This document shows, one piece after another, positions 1 to 10,973 of a DNA stretch of 64,000 bases. Under the pieces are notes generated by a model, which saw nothing but the letters and a program-made list of their open reading frames with translations, searched no databases and was not told where the DNA came from. The position numbers were made by a program, and so were the translations under genes. Every line of letters starts with the position of its first letter. Within the stretch, counting starts at the first letter, position 1. Origin of the DNA: Alphaproteobacteria bacterium (GTDB lineage: Bacteria; Pseudomonadota; Alphaproteobacteria; JABAAW01; JAHZMA01). The stretch spans positions 209,571 through 273,570 of the forward strand of contig CBDBHZ010000013.1 of assembly GCA_965205905.1 (NCBI GenBank), in the 5' to 3' direction.

Positions 1-2
1 GG

Positions 3-488
3 TTAGGTATCAATCTATTTGATGAAATGCGCTATGATATTGAGGGCAATGAAATTGCTGATTTTGTGCTGAATCAAGACCGCTATCGCAACGCGCAGAT
101 ATTGGTAACAGGCGAGAATTTTGGCTGTGGCTCTAGCCGTGAACATGCGCCTTGGGCTTTGGCAGGCTTTGGCATCACTGCCATTATCGCCCCTAGCTAT
201 GCCGATATTTTTTATAATAATTGTTTCAAAAATGGCGTTTTGCCGATTATTTTACCTGCCGATAAGGTGAAAGAAATCTTAAATGATATTCCGCAAAATC
301 CGAAGATGGCAATTAATCTTACCGCGCAAAATATCATTCATGGCGATAAAGAATATGCGTTTGATGTTGACCCATTCCGCAAAAAATGTCTGTTAGAAGG
401 GCTTGATGATATTGGGCTCACCCTGCAACATGCAAGCAAACTTGATGCGTTTGAACAAAAATATCTTGGCGATAACAACTGGATTTGA
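3..488 (+). CDS. leuD: 3-isopropylmalate dehydratase small subunit (5' partial; starts before the window)
   Basis: The translation GENFGCGSSREHAPWAL...YADIFYNNCFKNG is typical of LeuD. The frame is open from the window start, and the leuB partner lies immediately downstream. Confidence 0.85.
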   Translation, partial: LGINLFDEMRYDIEGNEIADFVLNQDRYRNAQILVTGENFGCGSSREHAPWALAGFGITAIIAPSYADIFYNNCFKNGVLPIILPADKVKEILNDIPQNPKMAINLTAQNIIHGDKEYAFDVDPFRKKCLLEGLDDIGLTLQHASKLDAFEQKYLGDNNWI

Positions 489-506
489 TGATGTTTAGGA
501 AAGATA

Positions 507-1598
507 ATGCCTAACATTTTATTATTAGCAGGCGATGGTATTGGTCCAGAAGTGATGAAGCAAACCAAGCGTGTGCTTGAATGGGCAAGCGATAAAGCAT
601 CGCTTAATTTTACTTTTCAAGATGCGCTGGTAGGCGGTGCTTCGTATGATGAGCATGAAACCCCGCTGACTGATGCGGTGCTGGATGATGCGCTTAATGC
701 TGATGCGGTAATGTTAGGTGCAGTGGGCGGCCCTGATTATGATAATGTGGAGCGGCATTTGCGCCCCGAAGCTGCGTTATTAACATTGCGTAAAGAACTT
801 GATTTATTTGCGAATTTGCGCCCTGCTATTACCTATCCGTCGTTGGCAAATGCCTCTAGCCTCAAGCCAGAATTGGTGAGTGGGTTAGATATTTTAATTG
901 TGCGCGAACTCACGTCGGGCGTGTATTTTGGCACACCGCGTGGCATGGAAACTTTGCCCGATGGCACCCACCGATGCGTGGATACGCAATCTTACACCGA
1001 AGCCGAAATCAGCCGTATCGCGCATGTGGCGTTTGATTTAGCCAAACAGCGCAATAATTTGGTGCATTCTGCTGAAAAAGCCAATGTGATGGAAACAGGC
1101 GCGTTTTGGCGTAAAATTGTAACTGAAACTCATGCGAAGCATTTTTCTGATGTTACGCTAGAACATATTCTTGCCGATAATTGCGCGATGCAGTTGGTGC
1201 GTAACCCGAAACAATTTGATGTATTGGTAACCGATAATCTGTTTGGTGATTTGCTTTCAGATGTTGCGGCGATGCTGACTGGCTCGCTAGGCATGTTGCC
1301 ATCGGCATCATTAGGCGCGTCTGATGCAACTGGCAAGCGCCGTGCGATGTATGAACCTGTGCATGGCAGTGCGCCCGATATTGCGGGGCAAAATATCGCG
1401 AACCCGATTGCTACCATCGCTTCGGCATCGATGATGTTGCGCTATTCATTTAATTGTGAGCAAGTCGCTAGTCAAATTGACAATGCCATCAAAACCGTGC
1501 TAGATAATGGTTTACGCACAGCCGATATTGCTGGCGAGACTGAGAAAACAATATCAACCACCTTTATGGGTGATGCTATTTTGCAAGCGTTGACATAA
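507..1598 (+). CDS. leuB: 3-isopropylmalate dehydrogenase
   Basis: A 363-aa product with the GPEV N-terminus and the [10 protein letters not shown] and [14 protein letters not shown] motifs of isocitrate/isopropylmalate dehydrogenases, adjacent to leuD. Confidence 0.9.
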   Translation: MPNILLLAGDGIGPEVMKQTKRVLEWASDKASLNFTFQDALVGGASYDEHETPLTDAVLDDALNADAVMLGAVGGPDYDNVERHLRPEAALLTLRKELDLFANLRPAITYPSLANASSLKPELVSGLDILIVRELTSGVYFGTPRGMETLPDGTHRCVDTQSYTEAEISRIAHVAFDLAKQRNNLVHSAEKANVMETGAFWRKIVTETHAKHFSDVTLEHILADNCAMQLVRNPKQFDVLVTDNLFGDLLSDVAAMLTGSLGMLPSASLGASDATGKRRAMYEPVHGSAPDIAGQNIANPIATIASASMMLRYSFNCEQVASQIDNAIKTVLDNGLRTADIAGETEKTISTTFMGDAILQALT

Positions 1599-1600
1599 AA

Positions 1601-2434
1601 TTGAGAGAGATGACTATGAAACATGCTACTTTAATTGATGAAGCCCGCAGTAAACTTATTGTTGCGCTTGATGTTCCTAATGTGGAAGAAGCACAAAAAG
1701 TGATTGACGGATTAGGTGATTCTGTTGTTTTTTATAAAATCGGCATGGAACTTATCTATCATGGTGGATTAGATTTAGCAAAAGAATTGAAAAAGCAAGG
1801 TAAAAAGGTTTTTATCGATGCCAAATTGCATGATATTCCACGCACCGTGTTAGCAGCCGCCCGTAATATTGCAAAATATGAAGCTGATTTGCTGACTTTG
1901 CATTGCAACTCTTCTGCCTATCGGGCATTTGAGCAATATCGCGCTGAGGGTGGAAACAGTAATATGAAATGGTGTTTTGTAACAATACTAACATCAGAAG
2001 ATGATAGAGATATTAAGAGAATAAATATTTCTGGAACAGTTAAATCTAATGTTAAAAAATTGGCGGTTGACGCAATAAAACAAGGTGCAGATGGTATTGT
2101 TGCCTCAGCACAAGAAGCAGAATTTTTAAGAAATGCTGGTGATTTGAAAGATAATAATTTTATCATTATAACCCCCGGCATTCGCCCAGCAGGAAGTTCT
2201 CATAACGACCAAAGGCGCGTAACCACTCCCACAAAAGCCGTTCAATCGGGTTCAGATTATCTTGTGGTTGGCAGACCAATTCTTGAGGCGGATAATCCTA
2301 AAGATATGGCTGAAAAAATCATTTCTGAAATTGCTGATGCTCTCGCGGAAAAAGAAAATATTTCTCGCAACCTTTATACGATGCCAGCTAAAAATAAATC
2401 ACCGCAAAAGCAACTCAGTCAAGCGGTGGCATGA
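1601..2434 (+). CDS. pyrF: orotidine-5'-phosphate decarboxylase (type 1-like, with insertion)
   Basis: LIVALDV, FYKIG, FIDAKLHDIPRTV (the D-x-K-x-x-D catalytic motif intact) and ITPGIRP. Confidence 0.8.
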   Translation: MREMTMKHATLIDEARSKLIVALDVPNVEEAQKVIDGLGDSVVFYKIGMELIYHGGLDLAKELKKQGKKVFIDAKLHDIPRTVLAAARNIAKYEADLLTLHCNSSAYRAFEQYRAEGGNSNMKWCFVTILTSEDDRDIKRINISGTVKSNVKKLAVDAIKQGADGIVASAQEAEFLRNAGDLKDNNFIIITPGIRPAGSSHNDQRRVTTPTKAVQSGSDYLVVGRPILEADNPKDMAEKIISEIADALAEKENISRNLYTMPAKNKSPQKQLSQAVA

Positions 2435-2446
2435 TAAGATGACCAT

Positions 2447-3532
2447 GTGATGCAAGACCCCCATGACAGATTGATTGTTGCTTTAGATGTTGCGAACATT
2501 CAGCGCGCATGGGAAATTGTTGATAAATTAGATGATAATGTTAGTTTTTATAAAATAGGTGCAGAGCTTATTTATAATAATGGGTTAGAGTTAGCGCAAG
2601 CCCTCAAAAAAGAAAATAAACGCGTTTTTATAGATGCACAATTGATTGGCTCGCCGCGTAGCATCTTTATGGCTGCTAAAAATATTGAGCTGATAGGTGC
2701 AGATATTGTTACCCTATATGGCAATCATTCCTGCTTTCAAGCGATACAGGCTTACCGTAAAAAACGTGGTTATGATGTCATGAAACTCTGTTGCATTACC
2801 GCGCTTTCATCAGAAACTGAGGCTGATTTGCGTGCCTTGCATCAGCTGGCAGATGATATTGATTTGCCTAGCTATATAGAAAATATTGCGTATCAGGCGC
2901 GTGAGGCGGGTGCTGATGGGGTGGTGGTTTCGGCGCGTGAGGCGCGAAATATCCGTGAAAAAATGGGCAGTGAATTTTTGATTATCACGCCCGGCATTCG
3001 CCCCAAAGGCAGCGGCACTGACGACCAAAAGCGCGTAACAACGCCAGCTGATGCCATTAAAGCGGGCGCAGATTATCTGGTGGTAGGGCGACCGATTACG
3101 CTTGCTGAAAACCCGATATTGGCGGCGCAAAATGTGATTGACGAGATTGACCAAGCGATGGAAAGCAATAGTGTCTCTGGGCAAAGAAACAAAATGGCTG
3201 GGTTTATACCAACACGCAAAAAAGTTAAAGTGGTTGATTCTGCCGATAGGCAAACAGATTTAGGCATTCCGCATAAAATGTTTCAGCAACCCCCAGCGCG
3301 TCAGCAACCCACAATACGAGCAATAAACCCAACGCAGCAGCAATCAAACCCAGAAACTTCATCTGTAGTAATAAAAAAAGATGTACCTTTACAGAATGAA
3401 TATGCCTCAAATCAATCTGCACCAAATCCTGAAAAGAAAGATAAGAACGTGCCCTTATGGGAAGAAGTAAAGCCAGAAAAACGCCCAACGCAAATACCAA
3501 CAGGCGGCTATAAGTCTAAATGGCAACCCTGA
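2447..3532 (+). CDS. PyrF-like paralog with a degenerate active site and a Q/P-rich disordered C-terminal tail
   Basis: Same fold signatures (LIVALDV, FYKIG, ITPGIRP), but the catalytic motif reads FIDAQLIGSP, so the Lys and Asp are replaced. A roughly 110-aa low-complexity C-terminal extension follows. Confidence 0.6.
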   Translation: MMQDPHDRLIVALDVANIQRAWEIVDKLDDNVSFYKIGAELIYNNGLELAQALKKENKRVFIDAQLIGSPRSIFMAAKNIELIGADIVTLYGNHSCFQAIQAYRKKRGYDVMKLCCITALSSETEADLRALHQLADDIDLPSYIENIAYQAREAGADGVVVSAREARNIREKMGSEFLIITPGIRPKGSGTDDQKRVTTPADAIKAGADYLVVGRPITLAENPILAAQNVIDEIDQAMESNSVSGQRNKMAGFIPTRKKVKVVDSADRQTDLGIPHKMFQQPPARQQPTIRAINPTQQQSNPETSSVVIKKDVPLQNEYASNQSAPNPEKKDKNVPLWEEVKPEKRPTQIPTGGYKSKWQP

Positions 3533-3548
3533 TTACGTGATTGATATT

Positions 3549-4829
3549 TTAATGTTCGTCTGATGGCGCAGGCGGGGTGATTTGCAATGATAGAATGCGC
3601 GTTCTTTCCACTTTTAGAATCTTAAACCTAAATCCAAAAAACACAAAAAGCTGATCTTTTTTAGGTAAAATCCGTGCTTCGTGAATCACCAATCCCGCAA
3701 TCGTGGTGGCATCGTCATCAGGCAAATGCCAACCTAATTCGCGGTTTAGGTCGCGAATCGCCACATTGCCATCAACAATATAGCGCCCATTGCGTTTTTC
3801 TAAACCCGCAACTTCAGCATCGCTTTCATCTATGATATTGCCAACAATTTCCTCTATCACATCTTCCAATGTAACAATCCCTAAAAACACGCCATATTCA
3901 TCAACCACCACAGAAAAATGTTCGCGCCTTTTTTGAAAAGATTTTAACTGATATTTTAACAAAGCTGTTTCTGGTACAAACCAAGGCTTACCCGCTATTG
4001 CCAACACATCTTTACGAAGCATATTGCCTTTCTGCCGCCTAAATTCACTCAATAATTGCTTGGCATTCACCACCCCAATAATTTCTTCGATATTATCATC
4101 AAACAGTGGAAACCGCGAATAGGGGCTATCCATCACAACATCAACCATTTGCGAGACATTGCTATTCAAATCAAGCATTTTCACCTCGCGCCGATGCACC
4201 ATCACTTTAGAGACATTGACATCTTCCAAATCTAAGATTGAGTTGAGCATTTTTTTCTCATCATCTGATGGCAAGGTATCATCACGCATTTCAATCGCAC
4301 CGCGCAAAATTTCGGTGCTGCTATCACTATCTTGGTTAATGCTGGTGCCATGCATGCCAAAGGGACGCAATAACAGCCACATCAGCGCTTGCACGATAAG
4401 CAAAATCGGGAATAAGAGAAACAATAAAATTCTCATAAAACCAGCGATACGTAATGAAATGGCATCGGCATATTTTACCGCAATCATTTTAGGCAAAATT
4501 TCAGCAAATAACACGATGGAAACAGTCATAATTAAGGTGGCATAAACCACGCCCTTACCGCCAAATATGCCAATCAAGAGTGATGTTGCCAGCGATGATG
4601 CCAGAATATTGACAAAATTATTGCCCAATAAAATTGCCGAAATCAATCTATCCATGCGCTTTTTCAGGGCAATTAAAATAATTGCGCGCTTATTGCCACG
4701 TTTGGCATCTAGATAGGGGCGCGCTGATGATGCGGTGATGGCGGTTTCAGACCCTGAAAAAAAGCCAGAAATCACAATCAATAATAACACGATAAGAATC
4801 GTTGTGATGATTTCAGCGGTGATAGTCAT
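3549..4829 (-). CDS. HlyC/CorC (TlyC) family transporter with DUF21, CBS and CorC_HlyC domains
   Basis: N-terminal multi-TM DUF21, a central CBS pair and a C-terminal transporter-associated domain. It lies downstream of aroK-aroB, as in many alphaproteobacteria. Confidence 0.85.
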   Translation of the reverse strand: MTITAEIITTILIVLLLIVISGFFSGSETAITASSARPYLDAKRGNKRAIILIALKKRMDRLISAILLGNNFVNILASSLATSLLIGIFGGKGVVYATLIMTVSIVLFAEILPKMIAVKYADAISLRIAGFMRILLFLLFPILLIVQALMWLLLRPFGMHGTSINQDSDSSTEILRGAIEMRDDTLPSDDEKKMLNSILDLEDVNVSKVMVHRREVKMLDLNSNVSQMVDVVMDSPYSRFPLFDDNIEEIIGVVNAKQLLSEFRRQKGNMLRKDVLAIAGKPWFVPETALLKYQLKSFQKRREHFSVVVDEYGVFLGIVTLEDVIEEIVGNIIDESDAEVAGLEKRNGRYIVDGNVAIRDLNRELGWHLPDDDATTIAGLVIHEARILPKKDQLFVFFGFRFKILKVERTRILSLQITPPAPSDEH

Positions 4830-5998
4830 ATTGTTCCATCTAAAATAGCCGATAAATTTTGGTGCAATGTTGCCTCATCAATGCCTGTTACCACTTCCAC
4901 TTTGCCGATTTTATGTGGTAAAATAAGGGTAAAGCTTTCATCATAATTTTTCTTATCATAGCGCATGGCTTCCAGCAAATTATCAGCATTAAGCGGGGTT
5001 TTCAACGCTAATTGATGCGGATTCATCACCATGCCTAAATCGTGAAAATGCGCTTTCACAATTTTTGCTGTGCCTGATGGGCATTTGCCGATATGTTCAG
5101 CATAATCAAACGCCATGCCGATGCCGATTGCCACCGCCTCGCCATGCAGTAAAACCTCACCATCATAACCCGCAAGTTTTTCAAGCGCATGACCAAAACT
5201 ATGACCCAGATTCAGCCATGCCCGAATCCCTGCCTCGCGCTCATCTTGGCTGACAATATTAGCTTTGGCACGGCATGATGTTTCAATCGCATAAAGCAAC
5301 GCATCAGCATCACGCGCTAATAATTGCTTGCCCGATTCTTGCAACCAATCAAAAAATGCGGCATCATTGATTAACGCATATTTGGCAATTTCGGCATAGC
5401 CCGCTTGCAGCTGCCGTTCGGGCAGTTTCTCCAAAAATCGGCAATCAATCAGCACCATTTCGGGTTGATAAAATACGCCAACCAAATTTTTACCCGCCTG
5501 CATATTGATTCCAGTTTTGCCACCCACCGATGAATCAACTTGCGCCAATAAGAGTGGTGGGGATTTGTATCAACCGCACCCCGCGCAAGATTGTGCCAGC
5601 GATGAAGCCTGCCAAATCGCCAGCCACACCCCGCCACCCCATGCGGCAATCACATGGCTACGGTCAATGCCACTTTTAAGAATCGTTTCTAGCATCTGTT
5701 CATAAATTGCGATAGATTTCGCTTTCTCGCCCCTGATTGGCACCTGATGAAGACGGTAGCTAATATTGGCATCGGCAAGCCCTGCTTCCATCTTCTGCCC
5801 ATAATGCTGATAGACGTTTTTATCACAAATGATATGCAACATTGGCTGCTTGCCATTTTGGCAAAGATAATCAGCCAGCAAGCCAACAATATCCAAGCGC
5901 TGCCCGATATGAATCGGATATTGCTGATTCGCGGTTTGCACCTTTATTGTTACGTGATGTGTGTGTGATTCATTCATAGGGTGTTTATTGTGTGGCAT
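4826..5998 (-). pseudogene. aroB: 3-dehydroquinate synthase, split into two ORFs by a frameshift near 5550-5570
   Basis: The N-terminal ORF 5570..5998 (ends ...AAWGGGV) and the C-terminal ORF 4826..5548 (starts ...[14 protein letters not shown]) together cover AroB. The glycine-rich NAD loop is broken at the junction. Confidence 0.8.
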
Positions 5999-6521
5999 AT
6001 TGCGCTATTTTGTCAATAACAATATCGCATGTTACCGCAATATCTTCATCATTCACAACCTCAACATGAATATCGGTTTGCTGATATTCGGCACGGCGTT
6101 CCTCAGAAAGTCTTTCCAATGTGGCTAATGGGTCGTCAGTATGTAAAATAGGGCGGGTTTTTGATTTTTTCAACCGCTTCCATAACACCGCCAAATCAAC
6201 ATCAATCCATAATGTTATCGCTTTTTGCTGTAATAATATTTTGGTTTGCGGGCTTAAAATAGCGCCACCGCCAACCGCCATAATGAAGGGGGGCGGGCGT
6301 TGCATGATACGGCTAATCACGCGTTCCTCGCCTGAACGAAAATAATCTTCGCCAAATTTTTCAAAAATATCAACAATCGACATCTGCGCCGCTTGCACAA
6401 TCTCTTTATCGGAATCAATAAAATCAATCCCGTAAATATCGGCAAGCCTTGCGCCTAATGTGCTTTTGCCGACCCCCATCATGCCTGTTATCACCAAAGA
6501 TTTTGGTAAAGGAAATGTCAT
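5985..6521 (-). CDS. aroK: shikimate kinase
   Basis: Walker A GMMGVGKST and the typical AroK length, upstream of aroB. Confidence 0.85.
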   Translation of the reverse strand: MTFPLPKSLVITGMMGVGKSTLGARLADIYGIDFIDSDKEIVQAAQMSIVDIFEKFGEDYFRSGEERVISRIMQRPPPFIMAVGGGAILSPQTKILLQQKAITLWIDVDLAVLWKRLKKSKTRPILHTDDPLATLERLSEERRAEYQQTDIHVEVVNDEDIAVTCDIVIDKIAQYATQ

Positions 6522-6584
6522 TTTTTATCTCACCATCACATAATTTTTTATCATGATACAATATTATGCTATAATACAGGAATT

Positions 6585-7720
6585 ATGACATTAAATAAAA
6601 CCATTTTATTAATCATTTCGGGTAGCATCGCCGCTTATAAATCAGCTGAATTATGCCGTTTGCTGAAAAAGCAAGGCGCGCGGGTGATTCCGATACTCAC
6701 CAAAGGCGGCTCGCAATTTATTACGCCGCTCACTGTTTCTGCGCTTTGTGGCGAAAAATGCTATATGGATTTATTTAGCCTGACCGACGAAGCTGAAATG
6801 GGGCATATCCGCCTTGCCCGCACGCCCGATGCCATTATTGTTGCGCCTGCCAGTGCTAATTTTATTGCCCGCATCACGCATGGCATGGCAGATGATTTGG
6901 CATCAAGCGTGATATTGGCAAGCGATAAACCGATTTTTATCGCGCCTGCGATGAACCCGTTTATGTATGAAAACCAAGCGACACAAGCGATAATATCAGC
7001 CATTTGCAAAAGCGTGGTATGAATATTATCACCCCAACATCTGGCGATACCGCATGTGGCGAGATAGGGGTAGGGCGCATGGCAGAGATTGAGGTGATTT
7101 ATCAGCAATTAGAGAGATATTTTGCGAATCAGGTAGAATCGCTTTCTGGCGCACCTATCGTTTCATTGGCGGGCAAGAAGATTATCATCACTGCTGGTGG
7201 CACATCAGAGCCGATTGACCCTGTGCGAATCATCACCAACCGTTCCACAGGTAAGCAAGGATTTGAGATTGCCAAACAGTTAAGCGAGGCAGGCGCATCA
7301 GTGACACTGATTTACGGCAATGTGACGCAAGATATAGGCGCACTACCAGTGAATATTACCAAGATTCATGCTGAAACCGCTGATGATATGTTGCAACAGG
7401 TGGAACAAGCATTGCCTGCCGATATTTTTATCAGCGCGGCGGCGGTATCCGATTGGAAAGTGCGTGATGCTAGTCCGCAGAAAATTAAGAAAAATGACGA
7501 TGATAAAGGTGGGGCAACCTATCAAATCACTCTCACTGAAACGGTGGATATTCTCAAACATATCGCGCATCACCAAACCATGCGTCCATCATTGGTGATT
7601 GGCTTTGCTGCCGAGACTGAAAATTTAACGCAATATGCGAAGCGAAGTTTATCAGCGAAAAATTGCGATATGATGATTGCGAATCAAGTGGGGGGCAATA
7701 TCGGCTTTGGCGATAGCTGA
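6585..7720 (+). pseudogene. coaBC: bifunctional phosphopantothenoylcysteine decarboxylase/synthetase (CoaC + CoaB), split by a frameshift at about 7004-7022
   Basis: ORF 6585..7022 is the flavoprotein CoaC half (ISGSIAAYK). The overlapping ORF 7004..7720 is the CoaB half (KKIIITAGGTSEPIDPVRIITNRSTGKQG). Confidence 0.8.
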
Positions 7721-7937
7721 TAATGCGATTTATTTTCTGCAAAAAGACGGTGATAAAAATCAAATCCGAACAATGGCAGATTTTGAGCAAAAGTGATATT
7801 GCGGAGAGATTATGTGAGAAGATTGTTGGGGTTTTTTCGGATTGAATCGGTGCTATAAGCAAAAAGTAAATCTGCCATCAAACGCAACATGCAATGTGCC
7901 TCGTGAGATAACATCCATTCCTAACAAAACCTCATGA

Positions 7938-8291
7938 TTATGAGAGGGTTGGATTTCCATACCTGTAAATATTTGCCCTAATTTTATAAATGCTACTTCT
8001 GACATATTTGGTTGTTCTTCTTTTAATGCAACCCATCACAACACTCACATAAAATTTATAGACATTTACTTCAACAGTTTCTGATGCTGACTGCATCCGA
8101 GTTTTGCCAATAGGTCGCAATTTTAGTTTTTTAGCAATATTACTGCTAATACAAGTAAACTGTGCACCCGTATCAATAAGAGCGTTCACTATCGCACCGC
8201 TACCACTCCTCACCTCATCAGCTGGAACAGTTGAAATACCAACATTTATAATAAGTTGGTTATTTTCTATGATGCCTGTGATACAGGGCAT
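7938..8291 (-). CDS. retropepsin-like (clan AA) aspartic protease
   Basis: A 117-aa protein with the IDTGA (D-T/S-G-A) catalytic motif in an AT-rich islet. Confidence 0.6.
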   Translation of the reverse strand: MPCITGIIENNQLIINVGISTVPADEVRSGSGAIVNALIDTGAQFTCISSNIAKKLKLRPIGKTRMQSASETVEVNVYKFYVSVVMGCIKRRTTKYVRSSIYKIRANIYRYGNPTLS

Positions 8292-8527
8292 ATTGAGAAA
8301 AATCCTAAATCAATAATTTTATCGGTGATATGTTGCACTGAATATATTTTATCGTCATTCATATCACCTGCTTGGCAGGCATCATCAAATGTGCTGAAAA
8401 AACCAACAATTTCGCAATGACGCAATAACACATATTTACCGCTACGAGTTTTCATTAATTCAGGCAATTTTTTTTGAAAAAAGGCAAAATTATCATCAAC
8501 CTCTTTTTGAATATCAATTTGTGTCAT
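8267..8527 (-). CDS. small DUF5678-like protein, co-transcribed with the aspartic protease
   Basis: 86 aa; the pattern GKYVLLRHCEIVGFFSTFDDA...YSVQHI resembles the DUF5678 family. It overlaps the downstream protease ORF. Confidence 0.4.
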   Translation of the reverse strand: MTQIDIQKEVDDNFAFFQKKLPELMKTRSGKYVLLRHCEIVGFFSTFDDACQAGDMNDDKIYSVQHITDKIIDLGFFSICPVSQAS

Positions 8528-8609
8528 TTATCAACCTCAATATAAACAAATATAGAATCAATCATAACATATTTGCAATAACATTAAAAACACTTTTTAT
8601 TGCAAAAAA

Positions 8610-9308
8610 TTACAATTTTTTAAGGAGTGAAGCGGTGCGATACACCCCCCTAAAACACGAAATCCTTGCTTCGGTAAAGTCGGGCAACATTGGCGCAACG
8701 GTATCAAACAAGCCACGTGTGGCGATATGGTGATGCCATTTTTCCCATAATTGCAACATGCCATTCTTGCCATCTGATTGAATCACGGGCGCGATAATTT
8801 TGCCGCCATTATCCATTTGCTCTGCCAAATCTTCGTTAAGATAGGTGATGCCACCTGCGAATAAAATCACGCTATAAGGTGCTTCTTTGGGCCAGCCTTT
8901 GGTGATATCGCCTTCCACAAAAATCACCGTATCTTCTTGAATTTCGGTTAAAACTCGACTGGTATTTTCGGTAAATTCTCTGCTGGTTTCTAACACAAAA
9001 ACGGTTGCGCCCAAATAACCCGCCAATGCCGCCATATAGCCTGCACCGCCAATAATCAGCACGGCATCGCCCGTGCGAATTTCGGCCGCCTGCAACATCC
9101 GCGCCACCAATAATGGCGAGAGCATATAGCGATTATCGCCAATATGCAAATGCTCATCAACATAAGCCATCTGCTTTTTTTCGGGGTCGGCAATAAATAC
9201 TTCGCGCGGAATTGCCATAAAGGCTTCTAGCAAAGCGGGGTCTGCCACATTGCTGGGGCGTAATTGGGTTTCCACCATCATATGGCGTAATTGTTCGTAA
9301 TTGGGCAT
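8610..9308 (-). CDS. pcm: protein-L-isoaspartate O-methyltransferase
   Basis: SAM-binding motif VLIIGGAGYMAALAGYL with PCMT-like length and sequence. Confidence 0.85.
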   Translation of the reverse strand: MPNYEQLRHMMVETQLRPSNVADPALLEAFMAIPREVFIADPEKKQMAYVDEHLHIGDNRYMLSPLLVARMLQAAEIRTGDAVLIIGGAGYMAALAGYLGATVFVLETSREFTENTSRVLTEIQEDTVIFVEGDITKGWPKEAPYSVILFAGGITYLNEDLAEQMDNGGKIIAPVIQSDGKNGMLQLWEKWHHHIATRGLFDTVAPMLPDFTEARISCFRGVYRTASLLKKL

Positions 9309-9320
9309 GAATTCTATCTC

Positions 9321-10946
9321 CTACATCATTGCATAGTTCGGGCCGCCACCACCTTCGGGGGTAACCCAATTGATATTTTGAGTTGGGTCTTTAATATCAC
9401 ATGTTTTGCAATGGACGCAATTCTGGGCATTGATTTGCATCCGTTTTTCACCATTTTCTTCCACCACTTCATATACGCCAGCAGGGCAAAACCGTTCTTC
9501 AGGCGAGGCGTAATCGGCATGGTTGATATTAATCGCCACAGCCTCATCTTTCAGATGCAAATGTGCGGGCTGATTTTCTTCATGGTTCACGCCCGAAAAT
9601 GAGACATTGGTGAGGCGGTCAAAACTCAACACGCCATCAGGTTTCGGGTAATCAATCGGTTGATAATGTTTTGCGGGCTTCAATGAAGCATGGTCGCTAT
9701 GATGCTTGAATGTCCATGGCGCGCGCCCACGTAATAAATAAGTATCAATCGCCGAATAAAGTAGCCCCCAATAAAAGCCAAACTTAAAAGCAGGGCGGAT
9801 ATTCCGCACCTTGTAAAGTTCTTTATACACCCATGATTCTTTTAGATTCTTCTCGTAACTAACGGCTTCTTTTTCGCCATTGGCAAGCGCATCAAACACT
9901 GCTTCTGCCGCCAACATGCCTGATTTCATAGCGGTATGGCTGCCTTTAATTTTCGGCACATTCACAAAGCCTGCGGCACAGCCCACCAGCACACCGCCTG
10001 CAAAAGTAAGCTTCGGGATTGATTGATAGCCACCTTCATTAATCGCGCGTGCACCATAGGCAATTCGCTTACCACCTTGCAAATGTTTGGCAATGGCGGG
10101 GTGATGCTTGAAGCGTTGAAACTCCATATAGGGCATCACATAGGGGTTTTCGTAATCCAAACCAACCACAAAGCCGACAGAGACCATATTATCGTTGAGG
10201 TGATATAAAAACGACCCACCATAGGTTTTGCTATTTAACGGCCAGCCAGCGGTATGGACAATTTTACCGGGCTGTGATTGTGCTTCGGGGATTTCCCATA
10301 ATTCCTTAATGCCGATACCGTAAGTTTGCGGGTTTGCATCATCACGCAGATTGAATTTTTGCAATAATTGCTTGGTGAGTGAGCCATGACAGCCTTCCGC
10401 AAAAATCGTCTGTTTGGCATGTAACTCCATACCGCGCTGATAATTTGCGGTTTCTTTGCCATCTTTGCCAACACCCATATCGCCGGTTGCCACGCCTTTT
10501 ACTGCACCATCTTCGTGATAAAGCACTTCGGCAGCGGCAAAGCCCGGATAAATATCAACGCCCATATTTTCGGCTTGTTCGGCTAACCAGCGGCATAACA
10601 GCCCTAGCGAGATGATGTAATTGCCCTTATTGTGCATTTGCGGTGGGGTTGGCATCCGTAACGCCCATTTTTTGGTGAGCATAAGGAAACTATCGCTTTT
10701 GGCGGGCGTATGGAGTGGCGCGCCTTTTTCTTGCCAATCGGGAATTAATTCATTCAAAGCGCGTGGCTCTAAAACTGCGCCCGAAAGAATATGCGCGCCG
10801 ACTTCACTGCCTTTTTCTAACACGCAGATGCTGAGTTCCTGATTTTTTTCTTGCGCTAATTGTTGCAAGCGTATCGCAGTCGCCAGCCCCGCAGGCCCTG
10901 CCCCGACAATCACCACATCAACTTCTAAAATTTCACGTTCACTCAT
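9321..10946 (-). CDS. electron-transfer flavoprotein-ubiquinone oxidoreductase
   Basis: 541 aa with the FAD fold [11 protein letters not shown] and a C-terminal 4Fe-4S Cys cluster ([12 protein letters not shown]). Confidence 0.9.
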   Translation of the reverse strand: MSEREILEVDVVIVGAGPAGLATAIRLQQLAQEKNQELSICVLEKGSEVGAHILSGAVLEPRALNELIPDWQEKGAPLHTPAKSDSFLMLTKKWALRMPTPPQMHNKGNYIISLGLLCRWLAEQAENMGVDIYPGFAAAEVLYHEDGAVKGVATGDMGVGKDGKETANYQRGMELHAKQTIFAEGCHGSLTKQLLQKFNLRDDANPQTYGIGIKELWEIPEAQSQPGKIVHTAGWPLNSKTYGGSFLYHLNDNMVSVGFVVGLDYENPYVMPYMEFQRFKHHPAIAKHLQGGKRIAYGARAINEGGYQSIPKLTFAGGVLVGCAAGFVNVPKIKGSHTAMKSGMLAAEAVFDALANGEKEAVSYEKNLKESWVYKELYKVRNIRPAFKFGFYWGLLYSAIDTYLLRGRAPWTFKHHSDHASLKPAKHYQPIDYPKPDGVLSFDRLTNVSFSGVNHEENQPAHLHLKDEAVAININHADYASPEERFCPAGVYEVVEENGEKRMQINAQNCVHCKTCDIKDPTQNINWVTPEGGGGPNYAMM

Positions 10947-10973
10947 TATTATGTCTACCTTAAATATTCTTGC

